Below are positions 54,708 through 62,617 of a DNA stretch of 64,000 bases, one piece after another. Every line of letters begins with the position of its first letter. Positions within the stretch are counted from its first letter, which is position 1. The DNA is taken from assembly GCA_963743275.1 (NCBI GenBank), contig CAVUPB010000002.1:168863-232862 (forward strand), read 5' to 3'. The stretch is from an uncultured Actinomycetes bacterium (lineage in GTDB: Bacteria > Actinomycetota > Thermoleophilia > Gaiellales > JALYLC01). The notes beneath the pieces were generated by a model. It searched no databases and was not told where the DNA came from. It worked only from the letters and a program-made list of their open reading frames with translations. Both the position numbers and the translations under genes were made by a program.

Positions 54708-56036
54708 ATGGCGTCCCACGACAGCGCGAGCCCGGCAAGCGATCTCGAGACGCCCGTGAGTGCCACACCGCTCGCCGGCGGCGTCTCCGGCGGGCGCCTC
54801 GCGGCCGCGCGTGCCCTGCAGGGCAGGATCGGCAACGCCGCGGCCGCACGCGCGCTGATGCGGGAGCCCGAGGGCAGCCCGCCGCCGGCCGCCGTGGCTC
54901 CCGCCGGGGCCGCGCCCCCGCCGGCGGCGGCCCCGAGCAACGTGAAGGGCTCCTACAAGCTCACCTACACGCATACGTTCGATCAGACGCCTCCGACCAA
55001 GATCCCTCCGATCTTCGAGTACGAGGGCGTCAAGATCGGCGGCGAGCTGGAGTTCGAGCCCGAGGGGCCGGGCGGCGGCGAGGAGAACAAGGGCGCGAGC
55101 AGCTCGACGAAGATCGCGCCGATCGCGGGCGCGAGCTCGAAGAGCGGTCATGGCGCCGGGCCCAACGTCGGCGGCGAGGTCAAGCAGGAGAGCGCCCTCG
55201 ATCCGGTCGTGGGCGGCATCCTCGACGGCGTCCAGCCGAAGTTCGACCGCGGGATCCAGTTCACGAGCCGGGACGGCCTCGAGGCCGGCGGTGGCGTCGA
55301 GTTCGAGGGCAAGGCCCACAGCTTCGCGGTCCACTTCAAGATCGTCGAGTGGGAGCCCGGCAGCAAGCCGAAGTTCGGCGTGGTCGAGCCCGAGTTCAAA
55401 GAGGTCGAGTTCAGCAAGCCGCACGTATCGGTTCCCGGCCTCGGAACCGGCACGCTCAAGTTCTCCGGCAAGGTGGCGCTGATCGTCGGGCCCGATCTCG
55501 TCAAGCTCGTCGAGGAGCTGGTCGAGCGCTTCGGCAAGGAGGTCGTGATCGACGCCGCGTTCGACGCCGGGATCGCGCTCGTCGGCGTCGCGACGGTGGC
55601 GGCGACCGTGTGGGAGATGCTGTACGCCGAGCAGGAGGGCCGCGAGGAGATGGACGCCGTCCTGGCGGCGCGCGACGACATCGTCGCCTACTGCAGCGCC
55701 TACGCCGCCGTGTCGCAGGGCTACGAGCACAAGGGTGGCGGAAAGGCCGCCGAGGAAGGCGCCGCAGCGGCCAGGGCTGCGCTCAAGAAGGGCGCCAAGG
55801 GCACGAAGCCCGAGGGCCTCGTGGCCGACGCGAAGCGCGCCGCGGGCGGGGACATCAAGATGGAGGTCTACCCGCTCTTCCGCGCCGAGGCGCGCAAGAA
55901 GCTCGTGGCCGACTGGAACCGCAACCACCGCGTCAAGAGCGCGCTCTACAGCATCGTGCTGATGGGCGACATCGACGGCGGCCCGCTCGGCGGCTACTTC
56001 GACCAGGTGATCTGGGCCGACCGCTTCCCGGGCTGA
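54708..56036 (+). CDS. Hypothetical protein: N-terminal LQxxxGNxA leader-like motif, Pro/Ala linker, Lys/Glu/Gly-rich beta-like region and a helical C-terminal part with one hydrophobic segment
   Basis: ALQGRIGNAAAARALM near the N-terminus, then PPPAAVAPAGAAPPPAAAP, and the hydrophobic AAFDAGIALVGVATVAATVW. TATCAT-7 nt-ATG upstream. No catalytic domain recognised. Confidence 0.65.
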   Translation: MASHDSASPASDLETPVSATPLAGGVSGGRLAAARALQGRIGNAAAARALMREPEGSPPPAAVAPAGAAPPPAAAPSNVKGSYKLTYTHTFDQTPPTKIPPIFEYEGVKIGGELEFEPEGPGGGEENKGASSSTKIAPIAGASSKSGHGAGPNVGGEVKQESALDPVVGGILDGVQPKFDRGIQFTSRDGLEAGGGVEFEGKAHSFAVHFKIVEWEPGSKPKFGVVEPEFKEVEFSKPHVSVPGLGTGTLKFSGKVALIVGPDLVKLVEELVERFGKEVVIDAAFDAGIALVGVATVAATVWEMLYAEQEGREEMDAVLAARDDIVAYCSAYAAVSQGYEHKGGGKAAEEGAAAARAALKKGAKGTKPEGLVADAKRAAGGDIKMEVYPLFRAEARKKLVADWNRNHRVKSALYSIVLMGDIDGGPLGGYFDQVIWADRFPG

Positions 56037-56054
56037 GCTTCCAGGCGCGCCCGG

Positions 56055-57257
56055 TCAGCCCGGGATCGTCAGGCTCTCGAGGTCCCGTGGGTACTCGGTG
56101 AGCACGTCGATGCCGTCCGGGGTCACGGCCACGGTGTCCGAGTGCCGGAACCCGCCGATGTCGGAGGCGTACAGGCCGGGCTCGATCGTGAACACCATTC
56201 CCGGCTCGATCCGCGTGTGATCGCCGAGGTCGAGGAACGGTGCCTCGTGGTTGCGCAGCCCGATCGCGTGGCCGGTGTGCTGGCGCCAGTACGGCAGGAG
56301 GTCGTGCTGCTCGAGGTAGCGCATGACGGCGTGGTCGACGTCGGCGCACGTCGCGCCCGGCCGCAGCGCGTCGAATGCGGCGCTCTGCGCCGCCACGGTG
56401 TGGTCGAAGAGGCGGCGCACCTCGTCGTTCGCGCGGCCGATGACCATCGCGCGCTCGAGCTCGGCGTTGTAGCCCCAGATCGGCGCGCTCGTCTCGCTCA
56501 CGAGCACGTCGCCCGTCCGGAACTCGATGTTGTGGGCGACCGCGTGCGCCCACGAGCTGCGCAGGCCGATCTGCCCGCGGTAGCCGGCCGACACGCCGTC
56601 GGCCGAGGACAGGCCCCCGACCTCGCCGTGCGCGGCGAGCATCGCGAGCGTGGCCTCCTGGCCGGCGCGCAGGCTCGCCTCGGCCTCGGTCGCTCCCGGC
56701 CGCGTGTACTCCTGCAGCAGGCGGTGGGCGTGCTCGCACCAGCGGGCGCTCTCGCGGATGAGCGCGATCTCGCTCGTGCTCTTGCGCACCATCATGCCCT
56801 CGATCACCGCGGTGAGCGGCGTGACCGTGCCGGCCGCGGTCTCGCTCAGCGGCGGGCCCTGGTAGCCGAGGATGCCCGGGTAGCCGTCCTGGTCGGCGCC
56901 GATCGAGCCGCGCACGCCGAGATCGGCCAGCGCGCGCGCGAGGATCCGCATCGGGTGCTCGATGCCGGGGTATTCGGTGTACGACTCGACCCGCTCGAAG
57001 GCCGTCTCGGCGCGCACGCGCTCGACCTCGAACTCGGGCACGAGCACCAGCATCTCGCCGCCCGCGGCCTGCGCGAAGATGACGGGGCGCTCCGTGGACA
57101 GGAAGCCGAAGCCGGTGAAGTACTGGATGTAGTCGGCGCCGAAGAGGACGTAGCCGGCGAGACCGTGGCGCCGGACGTGCTCGAGCAGGCGCTCGCGCCG
57201 CTCCTGCAACTCGGCTGCCGGGATGCCCGTCCGCGCGTCCGTGCTCTGCCCCACCAT
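56055..57257 (-). CDS. M24 family peptidase (Xaa-Pro dipeptidase type)
   Basis: HTGHAIGLRNHEAP, MVFTIEPGLY. Internal ATG start with a GAGGAG RBS. Confidence 0.85.
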   Translation of the reverse strand: MVGQSTDARTGIPAAELQERRERLLEHVRRHGLAGYVLFGADYIQYFTGFGFLSTERPVIFAQAAGGEMLVLVPEFEVERVRAETAFERVESYTEYPGIEHPMRILARALADLGVRGSIGADQDGYPGILGYQGPPLSETAAGTVTPLTAVIEGMMVRKSTSEIALIRESARWCEHAHRLLQEYTRPGATEAEASLRAGQEATLAMLAAHGEVGGLSSADGVSAGYRGQIGLRSSWAHAVAHNIEFRTGDVLVSETSAPIWGYNAELERAMVIGRANDEVRRLFDHTVAAQSAAFDALRPGATCADVDHAVMRYLEQHDLLPYWRQHTGHAIGLRNHEAPFLDLGDHTRIEPGMVFTIEPGLYASDIGGFRHSDTVAVTPDGIDVLTEYPRDLESLTIPG

Positions 57258-57386
57258 CGACTCCTCGCTTCGGCTCCAGGGTTGGAGCACGTGCAGGGTA
57301 GCGCGCACCCGCCGCGCGAAAGTGGTCCATGAACGTGCAGGGTGATTGGCCTCAGCGGATGGGCCATTACGGCCTACGCTGGCCCC

Positions 57387-57743
57387 ATGAACGCATCCGA
57401 ACGACTGAGGACGAAGAACCTGGCGCGCGAGGCGCTGCGCCCGATGGACGAGACCCTCGAGGGCTACGCATGGCTCCCGCGGATGATCGACAAGGCGCGC
57501 GCGGCGAGCGCCGGGACGCTCGGCGACTACGTCCACCCATGCCCGGTCGATCGGCGCTGCCTCGCGCTGCTCGGCGTGGGTGCGCGGCGGTTCGGCGAGA
57601 TCGCGAGCGGCGCGCGCACTGCGGCCGACGTGCTCGCGGGGCTCGAGCGCGCCGGCGCGCGGCCGGCCGCGGAGGCGTGGTTCGACGCCGTCGCCTTCGA
57701 AGAGGGGCTGATGCGGGCCGAGGAGGCGCGGACCGCCGCCTAG
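57387..57743 (+). CDS. DUF5069 domain protein
   Basis: GYAWLPRMIDKARA...GDYVHPCPVDR matches my recollection of DUF5069. TACGCT-6 nt-ATG upstream. Confidence 0.6.
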   Translation: MNASERLRTKNLAREALRPMDETLEGYAWLPRMIDKARAASAGTLGDYVHPCPVDRRCLALLGVGARRFGEIASGARTAADVLAGLERAGARPAAEAWFDAVAFEEGLMRAEEARTAA

Positions 57744-57810
57744 AGTTGGTCTCGATGGCTGCGCGCAGAGAGAGCGAGCTCTTCGAGACGATCGTCCGCG
57801 GGTCCGCGCC

Positions 57811-58795
57811 GTGATCATCGACAGCGCCGTCTACCGCAACGGGGCGCGCGACCCCGAGCTCTCGTCGTACGAGGACCTCTTCACCGCCTGCCAGGGGGGC
57901 GACGCCCTGGCATGGCTCGGGCTGTACGAGCCGACGGGCCTCGAGCTCGAGTCGGTCGCGCACACGTTCGGCCTCCACGAGCTCGCCGTCGAGGACGCGG
58001 TCAAGGCCCACCAGCGCCCCAAGCTCGAGCGCTACGGCGACACGCAGTTCCTCGTCCTGCGGCCCGCGCGCTACGTCGACGAGACCGAGACCGTGGTCTT
58101 CGGCGAGGTCGACATCTTCGCCGGGCCGAGCTTCGTGATCACCGTCCGCCACGGCGAGGCGCCCGATCTCGAGTCATGTGCGGCGCGCGCTGGAGGCACG
58201 CCCGGCGCTCCTGGCACGCGGGCCGCTCGCGATCGTCTACGGCGTCCTCGACCACCTCGTCGACTGCTACCAGCCGGTCGTCGCCGGGCTCGAGAACGAC
58301 ATCGACGAGATCGAGGACGAGGTCTTCAGCGGCAGCGCCACGGTCTCTCGCCGCATGTACGAGCTGACGCGCGAGGTCATCGAGTTCCAGCGCGCGACGA
58401 AGCCGCTCACCGGCATCCTCGCCCGCCTGATCGACCTCCCGGGCGTCGACGACGAGGAACGCCGCTACCTGCGCGACGTCCAGGATCACGCCATCCGCAT
58501 CGAGGAGCGCGTGGACGAGTTCCGCACGCTGCTCCAGAACATCCTCTCCGTCCACCTGACGCTCGAGACGAAGGCGCTCACCGAGGTGGCCGTCAGCCAG
58601 AACGAGCAGGTGCAGAAGATCTCGGCCTGGGCGGCCATCCTCTTCGCCCCGACGCTCATCGGCACGGTCTACGGCATGAACTTCAAGGACATGCCGGAGC
58701 TCGGGTGGCGCCTCGGCTATCCGATGGCGATCGCGCTGATGGTCGCCGTGAGCGTGGCGCTCTACCTCATCTTCAAGCGCCGTCGCTGGATCTGA
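57811..58795 (+). pseudogene. corA: Second CorA family transporter with an apparent 1-nt frameshift near 58171-58180
   Basis: The N-terminal part runs to VRHGEAPDLES in one frame. VRRALEARPALLARGP...VYGMNF...FKRRRWI follows in the +1 frame (ORF 58178-58795). Confidence 0.8.
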
Positions 58796-58930
58796 CCGCC
58801 CGCCGCGGCCGGAAAATTCCCCCGTCGGAGTGGTTTCGCCGCGGCCGGCGCATCTCACACTTGGGCATCCCACGTACAGGGCCGCCACACCGGGCGTCCC
58901 CCGACCACGAGTCGCGAACAGAGGCGGCGA

Positions 58931-59356
58931 ATGCCCGGCAGGAAGATGCTCAGTCGCGGGTACACGACGTTCATCGCGTTGCTGTGCACGGCTGCGGTCG
59001 CGTATGCGATCCACGCGAACGGCGAGGCGGCCAAGGCCGGTCGCGCCGAGGCGCGCGCGCAGAAGTGGGAGCGCTACGCCCGCGCGACCCGGGCGCACCG
59101 CAAGCAGACCGCGAAGAGCTTCGCGGTGCTCGTGCGCCAGTACAACAAGCTCGCGCGCAACGCGACGGCCGAGCAGCGCCGGCTGCTCGCGACGCTTTCG
59201 CGTGCGCGCAAGCAGGCGGCATCCGCGCGCCCGAGCGGCGCTCCGCCCGTCACCTACGCGACGCAGTCGCTCACGATCTCCCAGCCCACCGTGCAGGCGC
59301 CCGCGCCTGCGGCGGCAGCAGCCGCGCCCTCCGAGCCCATGACGAAGACGAGCTGA
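58931..59356 (+). CDS. Membrane-anchored coiled-coil protein; paralog of the N-terminal part of gene 60224
   Basis: TM helix YTTFIALLCTAAVAYAI, then a charged helical region. It aligns by eye with gene 60224 (AAK.G...ARA..WE......F....RQY..LAR.....QRRL). Confidence 0.6.
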   Translation: MPGRKMLSRGYTTFIALLCTAAVAYAIHANGEAAKAGRAEARAQKWERYARATRAHRKQTAKSFAVLVRQYNKLARNATAEQRRLLATLSRARKQAASARPSGAPPVTYATQSLTISQPTVQAPAPAAAAAAPSEPMTKTS

Positions 59357-59360
59357 TCCG

Positions 59361-60220
59361 ATGGCTGACCTCTCGAAGCACCGTGGTATCGCGTCCGCAC
59401 TGCTCGCCGCCGGGGCCATCGGCGGGGGCGTGATCGGCGGCGCAAGCGTGATCGTGAAGGCCCGCGGCGCGGGCACGCCGGCGGCGGCCGCCGGCGCGAC
59501 CGCTCTGCCTGCGACGGCCGGGGCGGCGCCGGCGCCCGCGGCCAAGCACGTCGTGGTCAAGGGCCTGCGGAAGTGGCGGCCCGCGAAGCTCCCCAAGCGC
59601 CTCGAGCTCGCGCCCGTCGTGCGTCACGGGCACAAGGTCGTCACCGTCGTGACGCCGGTCGCCGTGGCCGCTGCGGCGCCGAGCGCGAGCACGCCCACGC
59701 ACGCGAAGAAGGCGGCGAAGCCGCACAAGCGCCGCGCACGCACGCACAGAGCCACGCGAAGCCGGCCAAGAGCGCGAAGGGGGCGGCGCCCAAGAAGGCC
59801 GCGCCGAGCACGCAGCCGTCCACGGATCCCGGGACCGGCAGCACGTCCTCGCCCGCGCCGGCTCCGTCGGCGCCCGTGGCGCCGGCGGCTCCGGCCGCGC
59901 CGCCGGCACCGCCGGCGCCCGCGCCCGCCGCGCCGCCGCCCCTGCCGCTGGTTCCCACCGGGGCGGTCGTGATCACGGGCAAGGCCGTCGCGGGGAAGAC
60001 CCTGACGGCGTCGTGGACGGGCGCCGACCCCGCGACGACGACGTACCAGTGGCTGCTCTGCGACAAGGACGGCAAGGCCTGCCAGCCGATGCCGGGCGAG
60101 ACGAACGCGACCTACGTGCCGAAGTCCGCCGACCTCACCCTGACCGTGCGCGTGAGCACCGTCTGCGGCACGTACACGTCGACCTCCAGGGCGACCGACC
60201 AGATCGAGCAGGGCGGCTGA
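59361..60220 (+). pseudogene. Membrane-anchored Pro/Ala-rich protein ending in a YQWxxC Ig-like module; apparent frameshift in a (CGCA)3 tract near 59735-59748
   Basis: The first frame gives the TM helix ASALLAAGAIGGGVIGGASVIV ... THAKKAAKPHK. The next frame gives SHAKPAKSAKGAAPKK...GKTLTASWTGADPATTTYQWLLCDKDGKAC...TVRV. Confidence 0.6.
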
Positions 60221-60223
60221 GCG

Positions 60224-61157
60224 ATGGGTCGCTACACCAAGGCCTACACGGGGACGCTCGCGATCGTGTGCGCCGGGTCGATCGCGGTCGCCGTGCGGGC
60301 CAGCGACAAGGCCGCGAAGGTCGGCGAGCTCGACGCCAGGGCCGATCGCTGGGAGACCTGGGCGAACAACGAGCGCCTGCGCGACGAGCGCGCCTACGCG
60401 CGCTTCAACGAGGTCGCACGCCAGTACCGCCAGCTCGCCCGCCGGGTCGAGCGGTCGCAACGGCGGCTGCAGCGCGAGATCGCCGCGACGCGCTCGATCG
60501 CACCGCCGCGTCGTCGTCGGCCAGCCGATCATCACCTACGTGCGCGTGCGCAAGCTCGTGCCCGTCGTCAGCGCGCCCTCTGCGGCGGTGCCCTCGCCGT
60601 CGACGGGCGGGGCGCCCGTGGCCGTCACCGCGACGCAGCAGAAGGCGGCGACCGGCAAGGGGCAGAAGCCGCTCACGCCGACGAAGCCGAAGAAGGCGTC
60701 GCCGCCGGCGCCGGGCGGCTCGGGCAGCGGGAGCGCGCCCGCGACCGGCACGGGCACGCCGGCCGATCCGGGCGGCGCTCAGGGCGGTGGCAGCGCGACC
60801 GCCGGCCCGCCGCCCCCGGCCGCCAACCCGCCGGGCGGCGGGACGACGACGACGCCTCCGGCGACGGTCACCGCCCCGGTCAACACCAAGCTGCCCGCGA
60901 TCATCGGGGTGGCGCAGTCGAGCAAGACGATCTCGGCCGATCCGGGCTCGTGGACGGGCACTCCCACCAGCTTCACGTACCAGTGGCAGCGCTGCGACGC
61001 CGCCGGCGCGAACTGCGTCGTGGTCGGCAACGGCCAGTCCTACACGTGCGTGCCCTCCGACATCGACAAGACCATGCGGGTCGCGGTCGAGGCCAAGAAC
61101 AGCGCCGGCTCCGCCGTCGCCGTCTCGGCGGCGTCGCCGAAGACGAAGCCGAGCTGA
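60224..61157 (+). pseudogene. Membrane-anchored coiled-coil plus Pro/Ala/Gly-rich linker plus YQWxxC Ig-like module; apparent frameshift near 60503-60520
   Basis: The first frame gives the TM helix GTLAIVCAGSIAVAV and a coiled coil, running to RSIAPP. The next frame (ORF 60540-61157) gives PIITYVRVRK...SWTGTPTSFTYQWQRCDAAGANC...MRVAVEAKNSAGS. Confidence 0.6.
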
Positions 61158-61160
61158 GCC

Positions 61161-62021
61161 ATGGGGCATCCGGCCTGGGAGTGGTATGCGATGGGGACGA
61201 CGTGGCGCGTCTTCCACAGCGGCGGCATGGATCAGGCGGATGCCGGCGCGCTCGTCGCCCAGGTGGCGGCCGACGAGCAGCGCTGGTCGCGCTTCCGCGC
61301 CGACAGCGAGCTTTCGCACATCAACGAGGCGCGCGGGGCGCCCGTGCGCGTGAGCGCCGAGACGCTCGACCTGCTGACGGCGTGCGATCACTGGCGCGAG
61401 GTCACCGACGGTGCGTTCTCGCCGCTCGTGGGCGATGCGATGGCGGCCTGGGGGTACGCCGCGAGCCGCGACGAGCACGCGCTCGGCGCGGGCACGAGCC
61501 CCGGTGCCGTCACGATCCCGCGCGACCGGCTCGTGTTCGACCCCGATTTCCGGCTCGCCCGGGTTCCCCCGCAGGCCCGCCTCGACCTCGGCGGCATCGC
61601 CAAGATGTGGTCCGCGCGGCGGGCGGCGGCCCTGCTCGTCGAGCGCTGCGACGATCCGTCCCTGCTCGTCGAGGCGGGGGGCGACATGGTCGCCGCGCGC
61701 GGAGACCACCTCGTCCGCGTCGAGGCGCCCGGCGATCACGCGATCACGGTGCGGGCGGGCCAGGGCATCGCGACGTCGGGCTGGAGCCGCCGTCACTGGA
61801 CGAACGGCGACGGCGAGCAGGCGCACCACCTGATCGATCCCGAGACCGGCGCCCCCGGCCCGCGCGTGCAGGCGACGGTCTGCGCCGACGATCCGATCGA
61901 GGCCGAGATCGAGGCGAAGGTGCTGGCGCTGCGCCCGCACGAGCTGACGGCGACCGCCAACGCCGCCCTGCTCTGGGACGACGAGGTGCACTGCAACCAG
62001 GCCTGGAGGGACGCCGCGTGA
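61161..62021 (+). CDS. apbE: FAD:protein FMN transferase (ApbE family), without an evident signal peptide or lipobox
   Basis: AMGTTWRV, FSRF..DSELS..N, DLGGIAKMW, GIATSG and HHLIDPETG motifs. Confidence 0.85.
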   Translation: MGHPAWEWYAMGTTWRVFHSGGMDQADAGALVAQVAADEQRWSRFRADSELSHINEARGAPVRVSAETLDLLTACDHWREVTDGAFSPLVGDAMAAWGYAASRDEHALGAGTSPGAVTIPRDRLVFDPDFRLARVPPQARLDLGGIAKMWSARRAAALLVERCDDPSLLVEAGGDMVAARGDHLVRVEAPGDHAITVRAGQGIATSGWSRRHWTNGDGEQAHHLIDPETGAPGPRVQATVCADDPIEAEIEAKVLALRPHELTATANAALLWDDEVHCNQAWRDAA

Positions 62022-62617
62022 TCCTCTGGGAGGTGACCCGGGCGAGCGCGTTCATCGCCTACGCCTGCTACACGATCGCGGTCGTGTGGGGGATCGCGCT
62101 GACGGCGCGCTCGTTCCGCCCGCCGGTCGCGCCGCAGTTCGACTACCACCGCTTCGTCGCGGTGCTCGGCCTGCTCGCGCTCGCCACGCACGTGACGACG
62201 CTGCTCGCCGACCGCTTCGCGCACGTCGAGGTCGCGACGCTGCTGGGAATGGGCGCATCGTGGTCGGTGCGCGCGGGCGTCGCCGCGTTCTGGCTCGCCA
62301 TCGCGATCCCGCTGAGCTTCCGCCTGAAGCAGCGCAAGTGGCTCTCGCAGCGCTTCTGGCGGCGCTTCCACTACTTCGGCTACAGCGTCTGGGCGCTCGC
62401 GCTGACGCACGGCGTGTGGGTCGGGACCGACACCGGCTCGACCTATGCGCTGCTGGCCTACGGCCTCTCGGCCGCCGCCGTCGCGGGCACCGCCTGGTGG
62501 CGCTGGTTCGAGGTCGTCCCGAAGTCGGCGCAGAGGAGCCGGCCGGCCGCGGTGGCGGCCGCACCGGCCCCGCGGGTCATCCGGCCCGAGGGCGAGCCCG
62601 AGCGACAGGCGGCGTGA
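62018..62617 (+). CDS. Ferric-reductase-like transmembrane domain protein (MsrQ/YedZ-like)
   Basis: Six predicted TM helices with paired His in helices (HRFVAVLGLLALATH; FHYFGYSVWALALTH). The GTG start overlaps the apbE stop (GTGA). Confidence 0.75.
   Translation: MILWEVTRASAFIAYACYTIAVVWGIALTARSFRPPVAPQFDYHRFVAVLGLLALATHVTTLLADRFAHVEVATLLGMGASWSVRAGVAAFWLAIAIPLSFRLKQRKWLSQRFWRRFHYFGYSVWALALTHGVWVGTDTGSTYALLAYGLSAAAVAGTAWWRWFEVVPKSAQRSRPAAVAAAPAPRVIRPEGEPERQAA

Noticed and set aside
59780-60870. Repetitive GC-rich tracts (ccggcgcc/gcgccg units) that might be taken for tandem repeats or a CRISPR-like array
   Set aside because: They translate into Pro/Ala/Gly-rich linkers within coding frames. 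There is no regular repeat-spacer periodicity.
61155-61157. In-frame TGA before apbE (and at 60218-60220) as selenocysteine or a programmed recoding site
   Set aside because: There is no SECIS-like hairpin immediately downstream. TGA is the commonest stop in this window, and the same-frame arrangement could be chance. It is kept only as a low-weight note in the findings.
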